Shown: positions 47,358-58,507 of the stretch, piece by piece
How positions within the stretch are numbered: the first letter of the stretch is position 1
Layout of the letters: each line of letters starts with the position of its first letter
Assembly (NCBI RefSeq): GCF_902373525.1
Contig: NZ_CABKMN010000005.1
Source of the DNA: an uncultured Bilophila sp.
GTDB taxonomy: Bacteria; Desulfobacterota; Desulfovibrionia; Desulfovibrionales; Desulfovibrionaceae
Length of the DNA: 64,000 nucleotides
Direction: 5' to 3' (one strand)
Position numbers and translations under genes: made by a program
The notes under the pieces: model-generated
Database searches by the model: none
Told to the model about the DNA's origin: nothing
The model's input: only the letters and a program-made list of their open reading frames with translations

Positions 47358-48913
47358 TGCGCCGTCCGATCCGCATCTTTTCCCCGTTTTTCTCCCTGAT
47401 GCTGGTCCTTCTCTCGGCCTTTGCGGGCAACGCCGCGCCCCATGAACTCGTCATCGCCGCAGCCAGCCCGCCGCACTTCAATTCCCTCATCCTGACCGGC
47501 CAGATGGTCGGCTCCGTCGGCGCGCAACTGTTCGCCGGGCTTACCCGGCTGGCTCCTGACGGGACCCCCCTGCCCTATCTGGCCTCTTCATGGACGGAAA
47601 GCCGGGATCGCCTCTCGTTCCTTTTCCGGCTGCGGGAGAACGCCGCGTTTCACGACGGAGTCCCCGTCACCGCCGAGGACGTGGCCTTTTCCATCCTCGC
47701 CGGGAAGCGCTACCATCCGTTCCATCCCATGCTGGAACCCGTGGCCGCCGTGGAGACGCCGGACCCGCACACCGTGCTGATCCGACTCTCCCGCCCCTAC
47801 CCCGTCCTGCCCAAGATACTGATCCCCTCGCTCGTACCGATTCTGCCCAGACACGTTTACGACGACGGCACGCCCCTGCCCGTCCATCCCGCCAACCTGC
47901 ACCCGGTAGGCTCGGGACCGTTCATGCTGGAAGCCTTCATCCCGGATCAGGAACTCAGGCTGAAGCGCAATCCCCGCTTTTTCCTGCCCGGAAGACCGTT
48001 GCTCGACCGCATCGTCTACCGCTTTTTTTGGGACCAGTCGGAAGTCCCCTCCGCGATGGTCTGCGGAGGCGTGGACGTCTACCCGTTCGCCTCCCCCACG
48101 TTCCTCAAGAGCTTCAATCGGAGCTATCCCTTCGGAGCTATTCGAGCCACGGCGTTCGCCAACCTGAACGCTCATATCCTCATCAAGTATAACCTGCGAA
48201 GAAAGCCCTTTTCCGACAGAAAAGTCCGCAAAGCCGTAGCCCTCGCCGTCGATCTTCCCAAGCTGGCGGAGCATCTCGAAAACAGGCTCACCCCGCAGTA
48301 CGGCCCCATCCCTCCCGGCGCGCCCTGTTTTTCTCCGATATCCTTCCGCACCGACATCGACCGCGCCAACAGGCTTCTGGACGAGGCCGGGTATCCGCGC
48401 GGGCCGGGGGGCACACGCTTCACCATGCTCATCGACTACATTCCGGGAACGGACTTTTTCCCCTCCGTACTGCATGTGCTGCGAAGCGATCTGGAACGCG
48501 TGGGCATCGACGTGCAGGTCCACGACTCCCCCAATTTTGCGGAATGGGCGCACCGCATCGCCACCGGACGCTATCAGGCCACGCTCGACGGCCTGTTCGC
48601 GTGGCACGATCCGGCCATCGGCATCCACCGCCTGTACACGCCGAACCCCACCAAACGGAACGTCATCTGGTCGAACACGGACGGCTACGACAATCCCGCC
48701 GTGCCGCCGCTGCTCCGGCAGGCCTCCTCAGCCGCCGATCCTCAAGAGCGAAAGGCCCTCTACGCCCGCTTCCAGCGTCTCGTCGCTGAAGATCATCCTT
48801 CGCTGTGGCTGGCAGCCATCCCGTATCTGATCATCCATACCCCCGGCGTCCGGCATCTGGAAACGACGGGGCTCGGCATCCTGTCCCCGCTGGATGCCGT
48901 GGACACGGAATAG
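47354..48913 (+). CDS. Periplasmic solute-binding protein, family 5 (DppA/OppA-like), cotranscribed with a two-component pair
   Basis: Start overlaps the RR stop (ATGA). Signal peptide MMRRPIRIFSPFFSLMLVLLSAFAGNAA. SBP_bac_5 architecture. No adjacent ABC permease or ATPase genes. Confidence 0.8.
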   Translation: MMRRPIRIFSPFFSLMLVLLSAFAGNAAPHELVIAAASPPHFNSLILTGQMVGSVGAQLFAGLTRLAPDGTPLPYLASSWTESRDRLSFLFRLRENAAFHDGVPVTAEDVAFSILAGKRYHPFHPMLEPVAAVETPDPHTVLIRLSRPYPVLPKILIPSLVPILPRHVYDDGTPLPVHPANLHPVGSGPFMLEAFIPDQELRLKRNPRFFLPGRPLLDRIVYRFFWDQSEVPSAMVCGGVDVYPFASPTFLKSFNRSYPFGAIRATAFANLNAHILIKYNLRRKPFSDRKVRKAVALAVDLPKLAEHLENRLTPQYGPIPPGAPCFSPISFRTDIDRANRLLDEAGYPRGPGGTRFTMLIDYIPGTDFFPSVLHVLRSDLERVGIDVQVHDSPNFAEWAHRIATGRYQATLDGLFAWHDPAIGIHRLYTPNPTKRNVIWSNTDGYDNPAVPPLLRQASSAADPQERKALYARFQRLVAEDHPSLWLAAIPYLIIHTPGVRHLETTGLGILSPLDAVDTE

Positions 48914-48917
48914 CCCC

Positions 48918-50809
48918 ATGTCCGCACGGAAACCGTGGGGCATCGCCCTGACCGCCAGCATCCCGCTCATGCTGTTCGCCTTTTTCTTCCTCCTCCTTGC
49001 CGGTGGGCTTCTGTTCGCGTTCCGGGACTTCACCGCCGTCAACAACTTTTCCGCGAATCGGAAAATCCCCGCCCTGTCCGCTACGGCCACACTGGTCCGG
49101 GAATGCGAATGGATCAGGGGCATGAGCTTCCGTCTGGCGCAGAGCGACAGCGAACTCCTGCTGCGGGACCGGATCGGCGCACTGCGGCGGCGCATCGACG
49201 GGCTCACCGGCACGCTGGCCGCAATCGAGGCCGCCGGACTGTACCCGCAGGAAATCCGCTCCTTCAGGACCAAAATGGGCGCCTTCACCGGCATCATCGA
49301 TGCGCTGGAGTACCGGGTCGCCGAAACCCTGCGCGTCAGAACGCAATACGCCCATCTCACCAAAACGCTCCGCTCCCTGTCCAGCCAACTGGAATACCTC
49401 AACAACACCTACCCGGACAATCTCGACCTCGATCACTGGAACCACCATATCCACATGAGCCTGACGCACCTGCTCGTCCTGTGCGGCAACGCCGACATGT
49501 CCTACGGCCTGCGCGTATCCGAGGAAGTGTACACGCAGATCAACGAGGCGCGGGCCTCGCTGACGCGGATCGACGGTTCCACGGACCCGCGGCTGCGGCG
49601 GCTGCGAAGGCTCATCCATCTGCTCTACGATCAACTCGTGCTCTCCGCGCTGGACGAGGACGGCGTGCTGCCGCTGTTTCGGAAAAAGCACCTTGCGGAA
49701 CAGGAACTCGCCCGGCTCGGCACCCGCATCGACCGCTTGTCCGACGACATCGTCGTCACCGCCGCCGATCTGTTCGCACAGGCCCGCAAGGAAACCGCCC
49801 TTTCACGCGACGGCCTCAACCAGCGGGTATCCCTGCTCTCCGCGTGGCTCGTCGCGCTCATCCTCTTTTCGCTGGCCGTGATCGCCTGCACGTATCTGTA
49901 CCTGTCCCGATACGTCATCACCCCGGTCATCCGGCTGAACCGGTGCATGCGCCTGCGCATGCACAAGGTGAAAACGCCGATCCCCGGCGGCGGCGCGGGG
50001 GAGGTCCGAGAAATGGCCGCTTCCGTAGCCTTCTTCGTCAATCAGCTCGAACGGCGGGAACAGGAACTGCAACGCTCCCACCACGATCTGGAGAAACAGG
50101 TTTCCGAGCGCACCGGGGAACTGAACAGGCTCTCCAAACGGCTGTTGCAAACGCAGGAGGCCGAACGCTTCCGCCTCGCCGCCGAGCTGCACGACGACAT
50201 CGGCGCGACCATGAGCGTCATCAAGTTCGGCATCGAGCGCGCCTTGCTGATCCTCCGCAAGAAGGATACCGAACAGGCGCAGGAGCCACTCACCGAGGCC
50301 GTGGCGCTGGTCAAGGGGCTCGTCCGCCAGCTCCGGCGCATCCAGTACGAACTGCGGCCCGCGCACATCGATCTGGGCCTGCTCAACTCCCTCGAATGGT
50401 TCTGCAACGACTATCAGATCGCGCACCCCCATATCCGGCTGCGGGTAAGAACTTCCTTCAGAGAGAGAGAGAGAGAGACGAAACCGCCCTGCCCGCCTCT
50501 CTGCGCATCGTCCTCTTCCGGGTTGTTCAGGAAGGGTTGAACAACATCGCCAAATACAGCGGAGCCGCCCGGGCGTGGATCGCCATCGTGACCACGGCGC
50601 AGGGTCTGACCGTCATCGTGCGGGACGACGGCAGGGGATTTGCTCCCGAAACGGCGGGGACCACCCCCGGCCTTGGGCTCAAAAGCATGCGCGAGCGGGT
50701 GGAACTCAGCGGCGGGACCTTCCGGCTGGATACGGCTCCCGGCAAGGGCGTGCGCATCCGGGCGCACTGGTCCGGCAGCACCCTGCGCCTATACGACAGC
50801 GAAGCCTGA
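48918..50809 (+). CDS. Sensor histidine kinase (2 TM, large periplasmic domain, HisKA_3, HATPase_c); reading frame split by an (AG)9 tract
   Basis: ATG at 48918 (MSARKPWGIALTASIPLMLFAFFFLLL). HisKA_3 H-box ERFRLAAELHDDIGATMS is in frame 0, which stops at 50540. The HATPase_c part (LRIVLFRVVQEGLNNIAKYSG...GLGLKSMRERVELSGGTFRL) is in frame 2 (48935-50809 ORF). The frames switch exactly at the AG repeat 50460-50478. Removing one AG unit gives continuous ...VRTSFRERERDETALPASLRIVLF. Confidence 0.75.
50460..50478. repeat. (AG)9 dinucleotide microsatellite inside the histidine kinase coding region
   Basis: AGAGAGAGAGAGAGAGAGA read directly. Perfect repeat, very unusual in a >60% GC genome. Confidence 0.9.
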
Positions 50810-50936
50810 TCCCTTCCCGCAGGGAAGCCCGCGGCGGATGCGGACGACGGGACGCCAACCCGCCGCCCTTGCGTCGGAAGGCGCTATGGATTAAAGCGGG
50901 GATGCCCGCACCGATACGGGCTTAGGAGAAAACATT

Positions 50937-51941
50937 ATGGGCAAGATTCTCGTCACCGGCGGAACCGGCTATCTGGGCACCCACATGCTCGTGGAACTCG
51001 TGAAACAGGGGTACGATCCCCTGTGTTTGGACAACCTCCACAACAGCAGCCCGTCGGTTCTCGACGCCGTGAAGACCATCTGCGGCCGGGAAATCCCCTT
51101 CGTCAAGGCGGACGCCTGCGACGTCGCCGTCATGGAAAAGCTGTTCTCGGAAAACACGATCGACGCGGTCATCCACTTCGCGGGACACAAGGCCGTGGGC
51201 GAATCCGTGGCCCATCCGCTCATGTACTACCGGAACAACTACGATTCCGCGCTGACCGTCCTTGAAATGTGCCTCAAATACGGCAGCGCGCTGGTGTTCA
51301 GCTCGTCCGCCACGGTCTACGGCGTGCCGCATTTCCTGCCGCTCACCGAAGAACATCCCCTGAGCGCGGTCAACCCTTACGGGCGCACCAAGCTGTACAT
51401 CGAGGAAACCATCCGCGACGTGGCCCTCGCGCATCCCGAGTTCAACGTGTCCATCCTGCGCTACTTCAACCCGGTGGGCGCACACGAATCCGGGCTCATC
51501 GGCGAGAACCCCAACGGCATCCCGAACAACCTCATGCCCTACATCTGCCAGACGGCGGCGGGCATCCGCAAGGAACTCCAAGTGTTCGGCGACGACTACG
51601 ACACCCCGGACGGCACGGGCGTGCGCGACTACATCCACGTGACCGACCTCATTTCCGGACACATCGCGGCCCTCCGCAAGCTGGAAACGAAACCCGGCTG
51701 CATCATCCACAACCTCGGGACCGGCAACGGCACCAGCGTGCTCGAAATGGTCCGGCGCTTCGAGGCCGTCAACGGCGTGCGCGTGCCCTACCGCATCGTC
51801 GCGCGGCGTCCGGGCGACGTGGCCAGCTGCTACGCCGATCCCGCCAAAGCCTTCGCGGAACTCGGCTGGAAGGCCGAAAAGAACCTCGACGACATGGTGC
51901 GCGACAGCTGGATGTGGCAGATGAAGGGCGCTCAGAAGTAA
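50937..51941 (+). CDS. galE: UDP-glucose 4-epimerase GalE
   Basis: MGKILVTGGTGYLGTHM (GxxGxxG). YGRTK catalytic motif (YxxxK). 334 aa colinear with GalE. AGGAGAAAACATTATG RBS. Confidence 0.9.
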   Translation: MGKILVTGGTGYLGTHMLVELVKQGYDPLCLDNLHNSSPSVLDAVKTICGREIPFVKADACDVAVMEKLFSENTIDAVIHFAGHKAVGESVAHPLMYYRNNYDSALTVLEMCLKYGSALVFSSSATVYGVPHFLPLTEEHPLSAVNPYGRTKLYIEETIRDVALAHPEFNVSILRYFNPVGAHESGLIGENPNGIPNNLMPYICQTAAGIRKELQVFGDDYDTPDGTGVRDYIHVTDLISGHIAALRKLETKPGCIIHNLGTGNGTSVLEMVRRFEAVNGVRVPYRIVARRPGDVASCYADPAKAFAELGWKAEKNLDDMVRDSWMWQMKGAQK

Positions 51942-52144
51942 GTCTTTCTGCGCCGGTCCGGGAGAACGTCCCGGGCAAGCCTCCGCGCCCGCCTTTGTCC
52001 AAAAGGCGGGTGAAGCTGGGAAGCATCAGCCCAAGCGTTTCGACGCGGGCCGACCGCGAAAACAGACCGGCTTGCAGTTCTGCAAAGCACGACCTGTTTA
52101 TCCCGCGCCTTTTCAGCGGCATAGAAACGTAGCCTTTCCAAATG

Positions 52145-52181
52145 AAAAACCGCCCGAACCTCTGCCGTTCGGGCGGTTTTT
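52145..52181. terminator. Bidirectional rho-independent terminator between galE and the convergent membrane-protein gene
   Basis: AAAAACCGCCCGAAC-ctctgcc-GTTCGGGCGGTTTTT perfect 15-bp stem with flanking A/T runs. Confidence 0.65.
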
Positions 52182-52203
52182 CGGTATCCGGGAAGCGGAC
52201 CGA

Positions 52204-52629
52204 TCAGGAAAAATCCTTCCACACCTGCACGCCGGTGTAGCATTCCACGGCGACGAGGATGATCAGCAGGACGTTGACCGCGCCGTGAATGAGCGGCAGC
52301 ACCTTCCGCTTCTTCTTGTAGCGGTTCATGACGTATCCGGTGATCAGGCCGACCAGCGCCAGCCCGATGATGGGCCACGCCAGTTGCGCGTGCAGGCCCG
52401 TGATGTGCGTGCTGCCGAACAGGTCCAGCGTGACGTAGAAGCCGAGCGCCCCGAGCAGCCACAGGACCAGCGCCAGCGTGCCGAGCTTGACATGCTGCTT
52501 CCACGGGAACAGCGTCTTTTTGCCGAGCAGCATCGCCACCCGCTTCAGTCCCTGCCACATGGCCCACACGCCCAGAACGGCGGCACACACCTGCATCACC
52601 GGATGCAGCCACAACAAAACGTCGCTCAT
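52204..52629 (-). CDS. Small integral membrane protein (4 TM), hypothetical (DUF4079-like)
   Basis: AAGGAG RBS then ATG at 52629 (MSDVLLWLHPVMQVCAAVLGVWAMWQ...). 141 aa with four hydrophobic helices. Confidence 0.6.
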   Translation of the reverse strand: MSDVLLWLHPVMQVCAAVLGVWAMWQGLKRVAMLLGKKTLFPWKQHVKLGTLALVLWLLGALGFYVTLDLFGSTHITGLHAQLAWPIIGLALVGLITGYVMNRYKKKRKVLPLIHGAVNVLLIILVAVECYTGVQVWKDFS

Positions 52630-52853
52630 GTTCACTCCTTGTTTTCGCACTTCCGAGACTGATCCCGGCATATTTTTATAGTAATAATTCCTGACAGCGA
52701 TTGTTTAGCCCATTTCCCAACGGGAGGCAAGCGGATTTCACCCGCCGAACCCGCGGATACGGAGAAAAAGCGGACGAAACGGCGTCCGCCTGAAAAAAGC
52801 CCCCCGATTCCGGTCCGAATCGGGGGGCTTCGCCTTCCGCATGGGAAGCCGCG

Positions 52854-54095
52854 TCACTCGTACATGGGCAGGACGTGGAACACGAACAGCACATGGCATA
52901 CGGCGGTGATGCAGCCGTACACGAGCAGCAGGACGATGGTCAGCGAGCCGCCCGGCGTCCGGTACGCGGACATGGGGAACTTCAGGCGGCTGGCCCGCAG
53001 CATGAGGGCGGGGACGATGACCGACCAGATCGTCGCCGCGAGGCCCGCCCAGCCGATGGCGGCGAGGAAGCCGTCGGGCTTGATCAGGCCGCCGAGCAGC
53101 GGCGGAAGGAAGGTCACGAGCGTCGTCTTGGCGCGCCCGAGCACGGAGTCGTCGAACTTGCACAGGTCCGCCATGTAGTCGAAAAGGCCGAGCCCCGCGC
53201 CGAGGAAGGAGGTCGCCACGGCGAAGAAGGAGAAGGCTTCCAGCATGCGCAGGATGAAGCTGCTGTCGATGCCGGAACCGGCGGCGCGGATGAGGTCGCC
53301 CACATTGCCGCCCGCGGCGATGACCGCCTTGAACTGTTCGCGGGAGATGATCCCGTCGGCGGCCACGATCCACGCCACGTAGCAGATGAAGGCGATCAGC
53401 GTGCCGTAGCGCAGACACGTGTTGATCTCGACGGGCTCCTTGCCAAAATACTTGACCAGACTGGGCACGGAGGCGTGAAAACAGAAGGAGGTCAGATAGG
53501 TGGACAGCGCGCACCAGATGAAGATGACCGCGCCGCCGCCGGAACCCTTTTCACCGATGTCCAGCAGCACGGGCAGACGAATCTGCGACAGCATGCCGGT
53601 CATGGACAGAATGAAGGTCAGCACCATGCCGCCCATGAGGATGACGGAGAGCCGGTCCACAAAACGGGTGCTCCACCACACGCAGGCGATCAGCACGAGC
53701 GAAAAGCACAGGCTCGACATCACGGTGCCGGGGTCGTTTCCGGTCACGGCCATGACCGTCTGCTGCACGGTGGACCCGCCGCCGCTCACATAGGCGTAGA
53801 CGAGGATGTACAGGACGAAGGCCACGGCGATGCCGTTGATCGTGCTCCAGACCGGACCGAGCGTATCCCGCACGAGCGTATGGAAACTGCTGCCCGGTTC
53901 GTAGTGCAGGTTCACTTCCAGAATCGCCTGACTGGAACGCAGCATCAGAAGCCACGTCAGAACCATCAGCAGCAGGGACCAATAGAGCCACATGCCCGCC
54001 GAAATCATCGGCAGGGCCAGCATCCCCGCGCCGATGGCCGTCCCGGCGATGATCATCGTCCCGCCCAATATACTGTGTTTTGCTTGAGAGGCCAT
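52854..54095 (-). CDS. Aromatic amino acid (Tyr/Trp) permease, HAAAP family (Mtr/TnaB/TyrP-like)
   Basis: MASQAKHSILGGTMIIAGTAIGAGMLALP matches the TyrP/Mtr N-terminal signature. FHASVPSLVKYF and ATSFLGAGLGLFDYMADL match conserved HAAAP blocks. 11 TMS. Confidence 0.85.
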   Translation of the reverse strand: MASQAKHSILGGTMIIAGTAIGAGMLALPMISAGMWLYWSLLLMVLTWLLMLRSSQAILEVNLHYEPGSSFHTLVRDTLGPVWSTINGIAVAFVLYILVYAYVSGGGSTVQQTVMAVTGNDPGTVMSSLCFSLVLIACVWWSTRFVDRLSVILMGGMVLTFILSMTGMLSQIRLPVLLDIGEKGSGGGAVIFIWCALSTYLTSFCFHASVPSLVKYFGKEPVEINTCLRYGTLIAFICYVAWIVAADGIISREQFKAVIAAGGNVGDLIRAAGSGIDSSFILRMLEAFSFFAVATSFLGAGLGLFDYMADLCKFDDSVLGRAKTTLVTFLPPLLGGLIKPDGFLAAIGWAGLAATIWSVIVPALMLRASRLKFPMSAYRTPGGSLTIVLLLVYGCITAVCHVLFVFHVLPMYE

Positions 54096-54549
54096 GCCTT
54101 CTCCCGTTTTTTCCTGCATGGCGCAGGTTTGGGGTGTGCGGTTTCCCTGCCGCCCGTTCTCCTCCGAGGCCGCGAGGGATGCCTTCCCGAAACCTCCGTC
54201 ATCCCGGAAAGCGACGGAGAGGGCCGAGTATCCTCTAAAACCGGCGTCAGGTCCATACCTTCCCCCCGACGGCGGGGCACGCTCGGCCCGACGGCGGAAC
54301 CCAACGCACCGGTCTCACTGCACATGCCGCCCGAAGAAAAACGCCGTCCGGCCCGGCGGCGCACAGGGGGCGGGCGAAACGCCGACGGGAACGACCGGCT
54401 TTCCCCCGGCGGCGGGAAGACAACATCCCCGCGTACGCCGCATCCCGTCTGTTTCTATCAACAATGTACTATTGTTAAGAAAAAACAAACGCGTACGCCG
54501 CACGTACCTGAAACCGTTTTCACCCCGCGCCGGGTCCGGGCGAGGGCGG

Positions 54550-54567
54550 AAGAGAGAGAGAGAGAGA
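54550..54567. repeat. Second (AG)9 dinucleotide microsatellite, intergenic
   Basis: AGAGAGAGAGAGAGAGAG in the 700-nt divergent region between the aromatic amino-acid permease (minus) and the MFS gene (plus). Confidence 0.9.
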
Positions 54568-54834
54568 GCCGTTTCAGTCCTCTTTGTCACAGAGAACGCG
54601 TGGCCTGAGTGTCCCGTGCGGGAGAGAACCGTTTCGGGTGTTCGCGTCGAAGGGAGGCTGAACGGGCATATTCCCGTATGGGGCAGGACCATGTGAAAAT
54701 CCCCCCACGCTTTCGGGGAGACGGGACAGCTTGAAGAGCGGGCATCGTATTGGTATATCAACACTATATCCGGACAAACGGCCTCCGGCGAGGCCCGCGT
54801 CCATGACGCCGAAACAGACAAGGCGGTGTATCGT

Positions 54835-56253
54835 ATGACGTTTTCCATCAAAAAACTGGCCGGACTGCCCGCCATCGCGGCGGCGGCCTTCTTCATGCAG
54901 GCGCTGGACGCCACCATCCTCAACACCGCCCTCCCCGCCGTGGCCCACAGCCTCGACCGTTCGCCGCTGGCGATGCAGCTTGCCGTAGTGGGCTACACGC
55001 TCACCGTCGCCATGCTCATCCCCGTGAGCGGCTGGCTGGCGGACCGTTTCGGGACGCGCCGGGTGTTCATCTTCGCCGTCTCCCTGTTCATCCTCGGTTC
55101 GCTCCTGTGCGCGCTGTCCGGCACGCTGTGCATGCTCGTAGCCTCGCGGGTCCTTCAGGGCGTCGGCGGCGCCATGATGATGCCGGTGGCGCGCCTCGCC
55201 GTACTGCGGGCCTATCCCCGCTCCGAGCTGGTGTCCGTGCTCAACTTCATCAGCATTCCCGGCCTCGTCGGTCCGGTGGTGGGGCCCCTGCTCGGCGGGT
55301 GGCTCGTCACCTACGCCACATGGCACTGGATATTCCTGATCAACATCCCGGTCGGGCTGATCGGCATCGTCTACGCCGCCCGGATCATGCCGAACTTCAC
55401 CGCCGCGCGCGGCTCCTTCGATCTGCTCGGCTTCTTCCTGTTCGGGCTCGGGCTCGTCGCCATCTCCAGCGGGCTGGAAGTGTTCGGCGACCGGGTGGGC
55501 CCCGACGTCCTCGCCCCGGCGCTGATCGTCGCCGGAGCCGTGCTGCTCGTCCTGTACGTGCGCCACGCCAGACGCCGCCCCCATCCCCTGATCGGGCTCG
55601 GCGTGTTTCGCACCCGCACCTTTTCCGTGGGCATCGGCGGGAACATCGTCTCCCGGCTCGGCACGGGCTGCGTGCCGTTCCTCATGCCGCTGATGCTCCA
55701 AGTCGGTCTCGGCTACCCCGCGCTGGTGGCGGGCGCCATGATGGCCCCCACCGCCGTGGGCTCCATCGCCGCCAAAACCTTCGTCATGAAGGTCCTCAAC
55801 CGGTTCGGCTACCGGGCCACCCTGACCGGCGTGACCGTGTGCATCGGCCTCATGATCGCCCAGTTCGCCCTCCAGACGCCCACGCTGCCCCTGTGGCTGC
55901 TCATCCTGCCGCTCTTCCTGCTCGGCATGGCCATGTCCACACAGTTCACCGCCATGAACAGCATCACCCTCGGCGACCTGTCCACGGAAGACGCCAGCAC
56001 CGGCAACAGCCTCCTGTCCGTCACCCAGCAGCTTTCCATCAGCTTCGGCGTGGCGAGCAGTACGGTCGTGCTCCGGTTCTACAACTCGTTCGCGTCCGGC
56101 TCCCTGCTCGACCACTTCCATTATACCTTCATCACCATCGGCGGGATCACCCTGCTCGCCGCATTCGTGTTCATGCTCCTGCGCAGGGACGACGGGGACA
56201 ACCTGCTTCCCGGCCGCAAGCGCCCCGTTTTCGAGACGACGAACCGGAACTGA
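54835..56253 (+). CDS. MFS transporter, DHA2 (14-TMS, EmrB/MdtD-like) family
   Basis: [40 protein letters not shown] and [13 protein letters not shown] (MFS motif A). 14 predicted TMS. Confidence 0.85.
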   Translation: MTFSIKKLAGLPAIAAAAFFMQALDATILNTALPAVAHSLDRSPLAMQLAVVGYTLTVAMLIPVSGWLADRFGTRRVFIFAVSLFILGSLLCALSGTLCMLVASRVLQGVGGAMMMPVARLAVLRAYPRSELVSVLNFISIPGLVGPVVGPLLGGWLVTYATWHWIFLINIPVGLIGIVYAARIMPNFTAARGSFDLLGFFLFGLGLVAISSGLEVFGDRVGPDVLAPALIVAGAVLLVLYVRHARRRPHPLIGLGVFRTRTFSVGIGGNIVSRLGTGCVPFLMPLMLQVGLGYPALVAGAMMAPTAVGSIAAKTFVMKVLNRFGYRATLTGVTVCIGLMIAQFALQTPTLPLWLLILPLFLLGMAMSTQFTAMNSITLGDLSTEDASTGNSLLSVTQQLSISFGVASSTVVLRFYNSFASGSLLDHFHYTFITIGGITLLAAFVFMLLRRDDGDNLLPGRKRPVFETTNRN

Positions 56254-56421
56254 CCGCCCGGCCCGAGAGACCGGGCCCGATCCGGCATTTGAACTTTACC
56301 GGCCCGTCATGTAAACACGTTCTTGTTGCAGTGCTGCGGATATGGTGTCACCATGCACGCCGCCACGCCTGCCGGACGCATGCGCCGACGGGAAAAACGA
56401 ACCAGCCGAAAGGGAACACAC

Positions 56422-57507
<1,086 letters not shown>

Positions 57508-57537
57508 CGCGGGGGAGCCTCCGCTCCTACCGGATAT

Positions 57538-57571
57538 GCGAAAAGGCGGGGAAGGTTCCCCGCCTTTTCGC
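57538..57571. terminator. Bidirectional terminator between trpS and the convergent small secreted-protein gene
   Basis: GCGAAAAGGCGGGGA-aggt-TCCCCGCCTTTTCGC. Confidence 0.6.
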
Positions 57572-57662
57572 ATCATGTCCTTGAAAATGCCTCCCTTCCG
57601 GGATGGCCGCAGCCGGGAAAAGTCCCCGCTACGGCGCATCGGGACGGAAGGACGTCGCGGCG

Positions 57663-57932
57663 CTACTTGCAGATGCCGCAAGTGGCGAAATCGTGCCGGG
57701 GGCCGTCGGGATGCCGGGAAACGTCGCGGCCCGTCCCGTTCCAGTCAAGCACGCCGTCACGCTTCCCGGTTTCGGGATTGACGGGGTATCTGGAATCCGG
57801 GCCCGTACTGCCGAGGCTCGATCCGTCGCTGCTCGCCAGCAGCGCCCCGGACTGATCGGCGTGGGAAGGGGCGGCAAAGGTCATAACGGCACCCAGAGAC
57901 AGAACGGCGGCGAACAGAAGAGACTTGAACAT
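57663..57932 (-). CDS. Small secreted Cys-containing protein, hypothetical
   Basis: AAGGAG RBS. Signal peptide MFKSLLFAAVLSLGAVMTFAAPSHA. 89-aa precursor ending ...HDFATCGICK. Confidence 0.6.
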   Translation of the reverse strand: MFKSLLFAAVLSLGAVMTFAAPSHADQSGALLASSDGSSLGSTGPDSRYPVNPETGKRDGVLDWNGTGRDVSRHPDGPRHDFATCGICK

Positions 57933-58045
57933 CATATACTCCTTGATTGCGTATGAGACGCTGCGTCTCATTTTCATATGATTGTTTCGATGCCGTAGCA
58001 GCATCTTGTGACGTACTTATAGGTATACGCACCGTAAAAACCTAG

Positions 58046-58080
58046 ACACGATCCTCTTGAATACTTGCCTGATCCTTTCA
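58046..58080 (-). promoter_or_regulatory. Conserved upstream motif, copy A (direct AGGATC repeats), ~110 nt before the small secreted-protein gene
   Basis: Gene-sense sequence GTGAAAGGATCAGGCAAGTATTCAAGAGGATC. Copy B at 60313-60345 reads GTGAAAGAATCAGGCAAAGAATAAAGAGGATC (27/32 identical). Both are preceded by GTATGAC. Confidence 0.45.
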
Positions 58081-58507
58081 CCCAATACGCATGGTCATAC
58101 AAAAAAGGAAAAGCGCACCGTGTCTACTGTTGACAGGGTGCGCTTCATGGTTTTTTGATCGCTTTCAACGTGCAGACAACACTTCTTCAACGGCATTGCG
58201 TGACGCTTTCATCTTCTTGAAGGAGCGCAACGGACACGCAACATCCCCTCCGGCGAAACCGCATTCGCCAGCCTTTACGGCCATCCGCAAAGAACCCTTC
58301 CGGCAGGTATCGCGGAGGCCCTTCATGCGGAGGAAAAGACGCCATGCTCTCCTCATGCGCCTGAGCCGCACGCTTCAAAAATTCCGCACGGGGAACGCCT
58401 CCTCCGGGTCGTAGCGGTCGGATGCCGTTCCCGCATTGACATTTGTTCGTGGGCGAACTAAAGAAGGGAACACCCCATCCGTTCGCCCACGAACCAAATG
58501 AGCCGCC

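Noticed and set aside
56254-56421. T-box leader upstream of trpS
   Set aside because: No specifier or T-box consensus visible. T-box control is not expected outside Firmicutes and relatives
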